Part shown: in pieces, positions 1-9,500 of the stretch
Position numbering within the stretch: the first letter of the stretch is position 1
Layout: the number at the start of each line of letters is the position of its first letter
Assembly (NCBI GenBank): GCA_050485645.1
Contig: JBJHBT010000017.1
Span: 2,752-66,751, forward strand
Direction of reading: 5' to 3'
Length of the DNA stretch: 64,000 nucleotides
Source of the DNA: Gammaproteobacteria bacterium
GTDB taxonomy: Bacteria > Pseudomonadota > Gammaproteobacteria > Steroidobacterales > Rariloculaceae
Notes under the pieces: model-generated
Seen by the model: only the letters and a program-made list of their open reading frames with translations
Database searches by the model: none
What the model was told of the DNA's origin: nothing
Made by a program: the position numbers and the translations under genes

Positions 1-795
1 ACGGCCCGCGAACGCCGCCATCGCAACGATTTCGTCGTGAAAGCGCACCGGCAGCCGCTGTGCCACCGCCGCGATCTGCACTTGCAGCTCCGTGGCGATG
101 GCCTGCTCCAGGCGACTGCGATCCCTGGCATGCGTCTGCTCGCCATCGGCGCGTTCACCACCGACGCTGGGCAGCAGCACACGCAGCCACTGTTCGCGCT
201 TCGCCAGCATGCCGGCCAGCATGTCCCGGGCGCGGTCCATGCGATTGTCCAGATGCAGCAGCAGCACGGTGATGGCATCCGACCAGGCCTGCGTGTCGGA
301 CTGTTCCAGAAGCGTGATCGTGTTGGCCGCGGCCTGCGCATACAGTGCCCGCGCATCGTCGGTGATGGCCGGCGGCGCACCGAGTCCGGACAGCAGGGGC
401 ATCTGCCGGGTCAGTGACGCATTGAAGGCGTCGATGGTCTGGATTCGCAACCGTGCCGGATAGCGCAGCAGGCCCCAACCCAGTTCCGCATCGCGGACCA
501 GCACCCGTCGCGCCAGCTCCCGCGTAATGGCCTGATGATCGTCCGCTGGCGGCTCGTCGGCGGCCGCCAGTGTCAACGCGCCGATGATACGTTCACGCAT
601 CTCGCCGGCGGCCTTGCGCGTGAACGTGATCGCCAGCACCTCTTCGGGTGCGGCGACCAGCGCCAGCAGCCGCAGATAACGCTGCGTGAGCAGGCCGGTC
701 TTGCCGGACCCGGCCGGCGCCTGAACGATGAATGACCGCGCCGGGTCCAGCGCGGCCACTCGCGCATCCCTGTCGGCTATGCGTTCAGCGCTCAT
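1..795 (-). CDS. addA: AddA-like UvrD-family helicase/nuclease, N-terminal part (runs off the left edge)
   Basis: Manual translation from ATG 795: MSAERIADRDARVAALDPARSFIVQAPAGSGKTGLLTQRYLRLL...EEVLAITFTRKAAGEMRER (Walker A plus the UvrD motif Ia). Overlaps the addB stop by 11 nt. Absent from the ORF track because it is truncated. Confidence 0.88.
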   Translation of the reverse strand, partial: MSAERIADRDARVAALDPARSFIVQAPAGSGKTGLLTQRYLRLLALVAAPEEVLAITFTRKAAGEMRERIIGALTLAAADEPPADDHQAITRELARRVLVRDAELGWGLLRYPARLRIQTIDAFNASLTRQMPLLSGLGAPPAITDDARALYAQAAANTITLLEQSDTQAWSDAITVLLLHLDNRMDRARDMLAGMLAKREQWLRVLLPSVGGERADGEQTHARDRSRLEQAIATELQVQIAAVAQRLPVRFHDEIVAMAAFAGR

Positions 796-3607
796 CGTCG
801 CTGTCCCCCGCCGTTGCCGCGTCGCGCGCGAAGCCGCCGCGCAGTTCGTCGATGCGGCACAGCGCCGACAGCTGACAGTAGTCACATGCACCACGTAACG
901 GATCCGGTGCCGCGGCACCCGCGAGGAACGCCGCGGTCAGCGACTGCGCCGCGGCGCGCCACTCGGCGCGCAGTTCGGTCCAGCCTCGCTCCTGCGCCGC
1001 CTTCCATTCACCGGCGACCGCGACGCCGGGCAGTTCAGTGTCCTCGCGGCTCACCCCACGCCACTCACAGTGGCCGATGCGTACCCGCGCATAGACCACG
1101 GCGGCCAGTTCGTCGCCGAACAGCGCCGAGTACAACGGCATCTGCGGCTCATCCGGTCGCAGACCCAGCCAGCTGGACGGGTGAGTCCCGCCTGTCTTGT
1201 AGTCGATGAGCACGCGACGACCATCCGCAAGCTCGTCGATACGGTCAACGCGGGCGCGCACGGTGATCGATCGCGAGCCACCGCCATCCACGGCTGACTG
1301 CGCGTTCGTGGACGGCGCCGCCTGTGTGGTGATCAGCACGGTCTGCTCTGTTTCCACGACGCGAAAGTCATCCCGTGCCAGTTCACTTTCGCGCCACTGC
1401 ATCAGCAGCGCCACCAGACACTGCCGCTCCACCGCAGTGAACCGCGGCGTGAACACCAGCGGTCTGTCACGAGCCGCCTGTGCCAGTTCGCTGTCGACCC
1501 AGGACGCGAGCAGCCCGGCACATTCCGCCTCGCTCAGCGCGGCGAGCGCGGAGCGGCTCTTCAGACGTTTCCACATCGCATGCAGGACGCGATGCACGAT
1601 GCCGCCGCGATCCAGTGCGTCCAGGCCCGGTGCCGGCGAAGACAGTTCACTGGCGCCAAGCCGGTGCATGGCGAACGCACGGAACGGGCACTTCGACTGA
1701 TCGCGAAACACCGACGTACCGCCGCGCATTGTGCCGCCAGTGAGTAGCGGTGGGCCCTGAACGTCGATGCAGTACTCGAAGTCACCCGCGTCGAGCAGCG
1801 ATACGCGCCAGGGTGTCACGGCCCATGTATGCGGCGTGACCTCCGGCAGATGCGTCATCAGCGGACTGACTCGCAGATTCCTGTCGTCACGGCGGCGCGC
1901 CCAGCTGACCACCACTTCGGGTGCCAGCACCAGCAGGTGTTTGGTAACGGCGTCGGCGTGTGCCAGCTGACCGGATGCGGATGCCTGTGGCACACCGGCT
2001 TCGCGCTGTACATCGGTGGGAAGAAACGGATTGGGGCGTGGCGCCGCCGGCCAGGTTTCGTCGTCCATACCCAACAGCCACGCGCCGTCGAACGTCTGCC
2101 CGAGCGCATCGTGCAGACCGAGCACCTGCACCGGCGCCGGCAGACTCTGCGGCTGAAAGTTCCTGTCCGCGGCGATCCGGCGCAGCATGCGCAACGCCGC
2201 TTCACGCGGCAGGCGCGGCGACACGCAGGCCAGCGCGGCAAACTCCGCGAGCACTTCCTGCCAGCCGCCCAGCGCCTGGTGCTCGCGACTGTCCAGGCCG
2301 CGTTCTCCCGGCCATCCGATGGCGCGCAGTTGCGCGGCAAAGTGCTCCGCCCAGGTCGCCACGCCGAGACGGCCACCGGCCGAGCGCGCCGTGTCGAGCA
2401 GTGCCGACACGCGCGCCGCCAGCACATCCGCGGTCTCGTGCAACACCTTGCCGTCGACTGCCCAGCGTGCCATCTGCGACAGCGTGCATTCGGCCTCGCG
2501 GCGATCGCGGAGAAACCGCTCCAGCGCAAGCCGCGCGCCACGCTCGCCCTCCGCTCCGCCAATGAACGGTGATCGCAGCAGCCTGCTCGCGGCGGCGAAT
2601 TCGAGCGTACCGACACCCGCCGTGGCACCGAGTAGCATCAATGCATCGTGAATCAGTGGTTCGTCGGCCAACGACCATCCCAGTGCAATATTCCACGGAC
2701 GGCGCAGGCGCGGTGCGCTGCTGGACAGGACCGATGGATCGAGCGTGGCATCCAGCTCGCGGGCCAGCGCGGCACGCGCTCCGGCCAGATCCGGCACGAT
2801 GATCGCGAGCCGCGCATCGGGATCGTTTTCCAACCGCGCCCGCGCCCAGCGAACGGCCGCCGACCGTTCTCCATCCGGATCGCCACAACCGAACCGCCCG
2901 ACCGCCGCGGATACGGATCGATCATCAGCGGCGCCCTGGCCCACCATGAACACGGCAACGTCCAGCGCATCGAGCTGATCCAGCAGCCACTGCTGCTGCG
3001 GCGTGATCACATCCAGACCGACAAGGTACAGTGCCCGCGGACGCAGATCCGGGCGCTGCGCCATCCAGGCCGGCAGCCGCTCAGGCAGCTGCGCGGCAAC
3101 CAGCCAGCCGTTGCGTGCCAGCGTGCGATCGAACGCGTCCGCCCACTGCAGGAAGACGGCTGCATCCTCGTGATGGCGTCCGGCGCGCAGGGCGCCCACA
3201 TCGATATGCCAGGCTGCACACAGTGCGTGCGCTTCGGCCGCGTGGCGGGCGGCCACGGTGGGTTGCAGCAGGCCGTAGTCCTCCGAGCCCTGCTCGATGA
3301 TCCGCTGCCATAGCGCATCCGCCTGCGCCGGCGTCAGCAGCACCGACGGCGCGGCCGGCTCGATGGCACCGCAGGCCAGCGCATCGGCATGCTGACGTTT
3401 CAGCCAGGCCGACCAGGCCAGTGCGTCGCCGCGTTCCCATACGGTCTCGCCTGCACCCGAGCGGGCAATCGCTTCATCGCCGAGTACGCGTCTTGCAAGT
3501 CTTGGGCTGCCGGTGAGTACCGTTGCGCCACCCGCCAGAGCAGCGACCGCCGCCTCGTAAGTCGCTGCAGCAATCACACCCGGCCCCGCGCCGCCATACG
3601 CCGCCAC
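785..3607 (-). CDS. addB: AddB-like PD-(D/E)XK nuclease subunit with Fe-S staple
   Basis: 940 aa. C-terminal nuclease motifs RVDRID and LIDYKTG; four cysteines in CPF and CDYCQLSALC; directly upstream of addA. Confidence 0.85.
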   Translation of the reverse strand: MAAYGGAGPGVIAAATYEAAVAALAGGATVLTGSPRLARRVLGDEAIARSGAGETVWERGDALAWSAWLKRQHADALACGAIEPAAPSVLLTPAQADALWQRIIEQGSEDYGLLQPTVAARHAAEAHALCAAWHIDVGALRAGRHHEDAAVFLQWADAFDRTLARNGWLVAAQLPERLPAWMAQRPDLRPRALYLVGLDVITPQQQWLLDQLDALDVAVFMVGQGAADDRSVSAAVGRFGCGDPDGERSAAVRWARARLENDPDARLAIIVPDLAGARAALARELDATLDPSVLSSSAPRLRRPWNIALGWSLADEPLIHDALMLLGATAGVGTLEFAAASRLLRSPFIGGAEGERGARLALERFLRDRREAECTLSQMARWAVDGKVLHETADVLAARVSALLDTARSAGGRLGVATWAEHFAAQLRAIGWPGERGLDSREHQALGGWQEVLAEFAALACVSPRLPREAALRMLRRIAADRNFQPQSLPAPVQVLGLHDALGQTFDGAWLLGMDDETWPAAPRPNPFLPTDVQREAGVPQASASGQLAHADAVTKHLLVLAPEVVVSWARRRDDRNLRVSPLMTHLPEVTPHTWAVTPWRVSLLDAGDFEYCIDVQGPPLLTGGTMRGGTSVFRDQSKCPFRAFAMHRLGASELSSPAPGLDALDRGGIVHRVLHAMWKRLKSRSALAALSEAECAGLLASWVDSELAQAARDRPLVFTPRFTAVERQCLVALLMQWRESELARDDFRVVETEQTVLITTQAAPSTNAQSAVDGGGSRSITVRARVDRIDELADGRRVLIDYKTGGTHPSSWLGLRPDEPQMPLYSALFGDELAAVVYARVRIGHCEWRGVSREDTELPGVAVAGEWKAAQERGWTELRAEWRAAAQSLTAAFLAGAAAPDPLRGACDYCQLSALCRIDELRGGFARDAATAGDSDDER

Positions 3608-3635
3608 GTGTCGCTACAGACGCCAGGTCCGTCCA

Positions 3636-5549
3636 TCACGGCACACCGTCACCTGGACGCGGAATGCGCTCACCACGCTGCCTGTGGCGCACCACCATGA
3701 ACAATGCAAAGCCGGCGAGCGCGGCCAGCACGGTATAGGGTGAATCCTGTCCCAGCCATACGGTGCTGCTACCCACCGCCAGCGCGACCAGACACAGCGA
3801 CACGCCCATCAGCAGTCTGCCGGTGTCGCGCCAGCGCGCGGTCTGAATGCCGCGTCCGATCAGCACGGCCGCCGCCACGGCGGTGACGATGGCGAACGCC
3901 ACGGCTGCCGGTGATCCTTCGAGAATCAGCGCTTCGTTGTAGACCCAGAGGAACGGCAGGAGATAGGCCACGGCGGCAAGCTTCACGCCCTCCCACGACG
4001 TCTCCCACATACCGCTGCCGGCAAGTCCGGCGGCCACATAGCTGGCGACGGCCACCGGCGGCGTCAGGAATGACAGCAGGCCGAAGTAGAAAATGAACAG
4101 ATGCGCGGCCATCGGCGAAATACCCATGCCGACCAGCGCCGGCGCCAGCACCACGGACAGCACGACATAGATCGCCGTGGTCGGCATGCCCATGCCAAGC
4201 ACGATGGAAATCGCGCCGGTGAGCAGCAGCATGACGAACAGGCCGAGGTTCTCACCGATCTGACTCAGAACCAGCGACAGCGAGAAACCCAGGCCGGTGA
4301 GATTCATGACGCCGATCACAATGCCTGCGCCGCCGGCGATCATCAGCAACGGCAGCATGTTCGCTCCGCCACCGACCACCAGATCCTGCCATGCCTTCAG
4401 ACCCGGGAGGCGACGGTCGCGCACGATCGCCAGCAGCAGCAGGGAACCGGCGGCGAGCAGCGCCGCCAGACCCGGATCAAACCCGCGCCAGAAAAGCAGG
4501 TACACGAGCACCGCCAGCGGCAGCAGAAATATCCAGCCACCGGCCAGCACGCGGCGTGCTCGCGGCAGCTCGGAACGGGGCAGTCCATGCAGGCCGTAAC
4601 GCGCGGCGATGGCATCGACCTGCAGGAACAGACAGAGGTAGTAGAGCAGCGCCGGAACCAGCGCCGCCTTCACCACTTCCACATAGCTCACCTGAAGGAA
4701 CTCGGCGATCAGAAACGCCGTCGCGCCCATCACCGGCGGTGCAAGCTGTCCGCCGTTGGAAGCCACGGCTTCGATCGCGCCGGCGAAACGCGGCTTGAAA
4801 CCGGATCGCTTCATCAGCGGTATCGTCACGATACCGGTGGACATGATGTTGCCGATGGCAGTGCCGTTGATCGAACCGAAGATGCTGGATGCGATCACGG
4901 CCACTTTCGCCGGCCCGCCACGACGATGCCCCATGGCGGACAGCGCAAGATCGGTGAAGAACTTCGTCGCGCCGGTAACCTCCATCAGTTTGCCGAGCAT
5001 GATGAAGGCAAGCACCAGCGTACCGACCACGGTGAGCACCAGACCGGGTATGCCGTTGCTGTCCGCATACACGTACATCACGACAGCGGGCAGCGCCTGA
5101 CGTTCGGCCTGGAAAGGCGGTGGCAGCAGACTTCCCAGCAGACCGTAGGCGGCCAGAATCCATACCAGAATCGTGATCGGCAGACCTGCCGCCTTGCGCA
5201 TCGCTTCCATCAGCAGCAGGATCGCGATCAGACCGGGCACGAACTTGTCGGCCGTGTAGCCGCCGATGTCGATGATCCATTCGTTGTAGTTCAGTGCCAT
5301 CCAGCCCCAGCACGCGATGGCGGCAACACCGGCCAGCAGTTCCGGCCAGCCGGCGGCGCGGCCCCGATCGGCCAGATACGGAAAGCGCAGATAGGCAGCC
5401 GCCACGCCCACACCCAACAGCGGCCCCATCCACTCGGCGGGCACGAGATGGATGCCGATGCTGCGCGGCAGATCGAGAATCCAGGACACGCCGAGCACGA
5501 CGATCGCGCCCAGATAAACTTTCTGAAGGAAGCTCAGGATGCGCGACAT
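3636..5549 (-). CDS. TRAP transporter fused small+large permease (4TM/12TM, DctM-like)
   Basis: Very hydrophobic; motifs GGPAKVAVIASS, GQLAPPVMGATAF, LGMGMPTTA, LTPPVAVA. Start taken at ATG 5549 (MSRILSFLQK), 4 nt after the upstream stop. Confidence 0.9.
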   Translation of the reverse strand: MSRILSFLQKVYLGAIVVLGVSWILDLPRSIGIHLVPAEWMGPLLGVGVAAAYLRFPYLADRGRAAGWPELLAGVAAIACWGWMALNYNEWIIDIGGYTADKFVPGLIAILLLMEAMRKAAGLPITILVWILAAYGLLGSLLPPPFQAERQALPAVVMYVYADSNGIPGLVLTVVGTLVLAFIMLGKLMEVTGATKFFTDLALSAMGHRRGGPAKVAVIASSIFGSINGTAIGNIMSTGIVTIPLMKRSGFKPRFAGAIEAVASNGGQLAPPVMGATAFLIAEFLQVSYVEVVKAALVPALLYYLCLFLQVDAIAARYGLHGLPRSELPRARRVLAGGWIFLLPLAVLVYLLFWRGFDPGLAALLAAGSLLLLAIVRDRRLPGLKAWQDLVVGGGANMLPLLMIAGGAGIVIGVMNLTGLGFSLSLVLSQIGENLGLFVMLLLTGAISIVLGMGMPTTAIYVVLSVVLAPALVGMGISPMAAHLFIFYFGLLSFLTPPVAVASYVAAGLAGSGMWETSWEGVKLAAVAYLLPFLWVYNEALILEGSPAAVAFAIVTAVAAAVLIGRGIQTARWRDTGRLLMGVSLCLVALAVGSSTVWLGQDSPYTVLAALAGFALFMVVRHRQRGERIPRPGDGVP

Positions 5550-5553
5550 GCCG

Positions 5554-6414
5554 TCAGCTGTCGCGGGATGACAGGAAGGACACCGCGTGACCGGCAATTG
5601 CCGTCTCACCACCCTCCATGTGCAGATGATGGCCGCCCGGCAGTCGCAGCTCCAGACGATTCGCGAACAGCGGCACCATGCGGCGATAGATCGGCCAGTT
5701 GCTGAACGGACTGTCCTCGGCAAACACGATCATCGACGGTGCACGCACCCGCATGACGAACGCCTCGATCTGTGCAGGCGTCAGCTTCAGTTCCGAGGTG
5801 CCTTTGAGGCGCGGATCCACGCGCCACCTCCAGCCACCCGATACCTCCTGAAGCGATCGTTCGGCCAACTTTCGCGCCGCGGGCATGCTGACCCGCGACA
5901 GCCCGCTGGTACGCTCCTGCACGGCTTCATCATAGGAACTGAACATCCGCCCGGTACGTGCGGCGACCCGAGCGCGTTCGGCCACCGACTTCGCCAGCGT
6001 TTCCGGCGCTTCCTCCGGTTCCGACTGGAAAGGAATTCCGCCTTCGATCATGACCAGGTGTGTGGCGCGCTCGGGGAACGCGCTGGCCGTCAGCATGGCG
6101 ATGGCTGCGCCACGCGAATGGCCGAGCAGCGCGAAGCGTTCCCAGCCCATGGCATCGGCCACGTCGATGACATCGGCAACGTCCTGCCAGATCGCGTAGC
6201 TGCTGTCAGGCGAGCGCCAGCCGCTCCGGCCGTGACCGGCCAGATCCGGCACGATCAGGTGGCAGTCGGAGAGCAGTGGCGCCAGGAAATCAAAGCTGCC
6301 GGCATTGTCCAGCCAGCCGTGCAGCGCGATGACCGGCATGCCACCGGCGCGACCCCATTCGCGAGCGCACAGCTCATAGGCAGGCAGTTCGAATGACCGG
6401 TCGCGATGATTCAT
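5554..6414 (-). CDS. alpha/beta-fold hydrolase (SERHL-like)
   Basis: LHGWLDNAGSF oxyanion motif, GHSRG nucleophile elbow, GGHHLH catalytic His region. Confidence 0.9.
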   Translation of the reverse strand: MNHRDRSFELPAYELCAREWGRAGGMPVIALHGWLDNAGSFDFLAPLLSDCHLIVPDLAGHGRSGWRSPDSSYAIWQDVADVIDVADAMGWERFALLGHSRGAAIAMLTASAFPERATHLVMIEGGIPFQSEPEEAPETLAKSVAERARVAARTGRMFSSYDEAVQERTSGLSRVSMPAARKLAERSLQEVSGGWRWRVDPRLKGTSELKLTPAQIEAFVMRVRAPSMIVFAEDSPFSNWPIYRRMVPLFANRLELRLPGGHHLHMEGGETAIAGHAVSFLSSRDS

Positions 6415-6423
6415 AGGTCGCGG

Positions 6424-6432
6424 ACTTTAGCA
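6424..6432 (-). promoter_or_regulatory. Extended -10 promoter (TGcTAAAGT) for the hydrolase-TRAP-addB-addA unit
   Basis: TGn plus TAAAGT lies 9 nt upstream of ATG 6414, with no SD visible. Confidence 0.45.
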
Positions 6433-6538
6433 TCCGCGGCCACGCCATGTACCCGGTTGGACCGCGACGATACGGCGGTCCGTGGTTCTGGCGAGTGAAG
6501 CCGCACCGGCGGAGAGAGACCGCTGCCTCCAGCGTGCG

Positions 6539-9500
6539 CTAACGCGCCTCGCCCGCCGCTTCCGTGCCACCAAGGCGGCGGAAATATTCGGCCACGGCTT
6601 CCTCGTAACCCTGGGTCGCCTGTGCGGGCGCTTCGGTGCGTACCGACCGGCTGGCGCGCGCGTTCTCCGCGCGCAGCTGCAGCTCCAGCTGATCGGTCAG
6701 CTCCACCAGCGCCTGAAACTCGCGTGCCAGCAGCTCCGGATTGCCGCGGAATCCGCCGCGCAGCTGGTCGCCGAGCTGACGTACCCATTCCAGCTGCTCA
6801 TCCGTCAGCCCCTGGTCGCGCAATTGATTGCCCAGCCGCAGCAGATCCCCACCGGCTTCGGCCAGACGCTCGCGCATCTCTTCGACACGTTGCGGATCTT
6901 CCCAGATGCGCGGATCGTAGGGTCCAAACTGTCCCCAGCCGCGTTCACGCGGATCCCAGTAGCCACCGCCACTGGCCCACGCATTCCAGCCGCCGCCACC
7001 GAACGCACCGCCACCCGGACCCTGCTGTTCGCCGGGGCCGCCAGCCTGCTGGCCACCTTCCTGCGGCTCTCCGCCGGATCCGGGCTGCCCACCCTGCTGA
7101 CCCTGCTGACCGGGTTGCCCCTGCTGCGCCTGGGTACCCGGCTCACCACCCTGACCCGGCGCCCGTGACAGTTCCGCCAGCTCGCGGCGCAACATGCCGA
7201 TCTCAGCCAGCAGTTCCTGGTTGGGATCGATCTCCGCCTCGCCCGCGACGGCCTCGCGTGTCGCTGTTGCCAGCGCGCGCTCCGTGTCGCGCTGCAGATC
7301 GCGCAGTGCCGATGTGGTGACGGCTTCGGTTGCAGCCACCTGTGGCGCTGCGCCACCGCGAATTGCGTTCACGGCCGCGTTCAGACGCGCAATCGCCTGC
7401 GACCGTTGCAGGTTGGCCAGCGCATCGCCAAGTTCGTCGGCCGCACGCGGTGTGCGACGCTGGAAGTCCCGCGCGACCTGCTGAAGATCACGCTCCAGCT
7501 GTTCAAGTTCCCTCTGCAGATCCTGACGGCGCTGCGCAAACTCGATCGCGGAATCCACATCCAGACCGCCGATCAGTTCGCTGCGATCCTCGATCTCACT
7601 GCTGGCGCGCAGCTGTGCCTGCAATTCGGCCGCGAGTTGGCGCTGATCCTCATACAGGTCGCGCGAACGGTCGGCGAGTTCGGAGAACGCGGCTTCCGCC
7701 AGCTGCTGGCGCTGCTCGGTCATCTGCGCCAGCGCACGATCCAGCTGCCGGCGCGCCTGCTCGGCCGCCCGACGGGCCTGCTCCGGATCGCTGGACATGC
7801 CAGCCTGATCCATCGCATCCAACGCATCCTGGATCTGCTGGATCGCCTCCTGGAGCTGTCCGGCCTGGCCACCGGTCTGGGCAAACTGTCCGCCCATCTG
7901 GCCGGGTTGGCCGGGTTGGCCGGGTTGGCCGGGTTGGCCCGGTTGGCCCGGTTGGCCCGGTTGGCCGCCCTGCTGAGCCTGCTGGCCCTGCTGGCCCTGC
8001 TGGCCCTGCTGGCCCTGCTGGCCCTGTTGGCCTTCCTGACCCTCCATGCCTTGCTGACCGTCCTGACCTTCCTGGCCCTGCTGTCCTTCCTGCTGCTGCG
8101 CCTGTGCCAGTTGCTGCTGGAGTTCTTCCAGCTGCTGCCGCAGCTCTTCGGTTTCGCGGCGCAGCGATTCCTGACGCCAGCGCTCCTGCTCGGTGAGATT
8201 GTCGCGACGGTTCGCTTCGCGGGCCAGCCGTTCCTGCCGGCGCGCCAGCTCCTGCAGACGCGCGATCGCCTCATCCACCGCATCCTGAGGCGGCTGGTCA
8301 AATGAAACCTGCTGCTCGGTCTCGTACTGGTTGCGCTCCAGATCCATTTCCAGCTCGAACAGCTCGGCGAGATCACGACCAGCCATGCTTCCGCCGCCGC
8401 CGCCACCGCCGCCACGCTCCATCGACACCTGGATATCCGTGAACAGCGCTTCGGCGCGCAGCAGATACTGCAACGCCTCCTGCTCGTATGGCACGGCGTC
8501 GTCGAGGTCGAGATTCGCCAGTCTCTCGGAGGCCGGGCCCATGAGTTCGGCCGCGTCTTCGAGATGATCGACGAACTGCGCGATGCGTTCGTCCTGGGCA
8601 TCCAGCAGCCTCGCGCGGGTGCGGTCGGCCAGTGTGCGTGCCTGGTCGGCCAGTGTCTGCTGCAGTTCGGACAGCATGATGGCGTTGTCGCGCATCTGCT
8701 GCCTGTCGAGGAAGCTTGCCTCCTCGGACTGTTCACGGATCAGGTTCCAGGTTGCGACCAGAATCTCGCGCTGACGCTGTGAGATCTCGTCGTCCTGGTC
8801 GCCACCGCCACCTTCGCCTCCACCGCCGCTCTGCATGGACTGCGAAAAGCTGCGATCGAAGGGTTGAACGTCGATGAAGAACAGGTCGGTCTGCACTTCC
8901 TGCCCACGGTCCGCGGCCACGACGTAGTAGGAAATGAGGTCTCCGGGCTGCAACACGCGATCGGTGGGCGGCTCTTCGTCCAGCGCCTCGGCCAGCGCTT
9001 CCTGCGTTGCGGATTCGGCATTCGCATCGCGCAGACGCCGCAGATCGTCCAGGCTGCGAATCTCTCCCGGGTTGCGCAGCGGGAATGTCAGCGCGCTGTC
9101 CTCATCGCTCGCACTGGCACGTGAGCGGCGCAGCGGCGCGCGCAGATCCTCCAGGCTGAGGACATGCTCGGCGAGCACCTGATCGCCTTCGGCATCGAGC
9201 TCCGCAGACTGCCATGGTGCACCATTTACCGAATAGCGCAGTTCCAGACGCTCGATCCCGAAATCGTCACTCGCATCCACGCGTATCGTGACTTCCTCGA
9301 TGCTGCTCGCGCGCCAGTCGCGCCCGGGCTTGACGAGACGCACGACGGGTTTTTCGTCTGCGATCAGTGAAATGAAGTAGTCGTCGGTGACGCGCACAAG
9401 GTCGGCGTTGAACAGTGTCGCAATGTGATACTCGCCGTCTTCGCTGACGCTGAGCCGTGCGGTGGCGGTGTTGCCATCCGTGCTCATCGCGATGCGCTCG

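Noticed and set aside
785-1700. Cas4-like nuclease signature
   Set aside because: The four-Cys PD-(D/E)XK domain is the C-terminus of AddB next to AddA; there is no CRISPR context.
6419-6480. Two GC hairpins between the giant coiled-coil gene and the hydrolase
   Set aside because: Short stems with no U-tract, expected at this GC content; the first overlaps the predicted -10.
7904-8032. Short tandem repeats as a possible CRISPR array or phase-variation switch
   Set aside because: No spacers and no cas genes. The units (9 bp here, 6 bp at 55198, 42 bp at 43375) are multiples of three inside CDSs, so they cannot shift frame.
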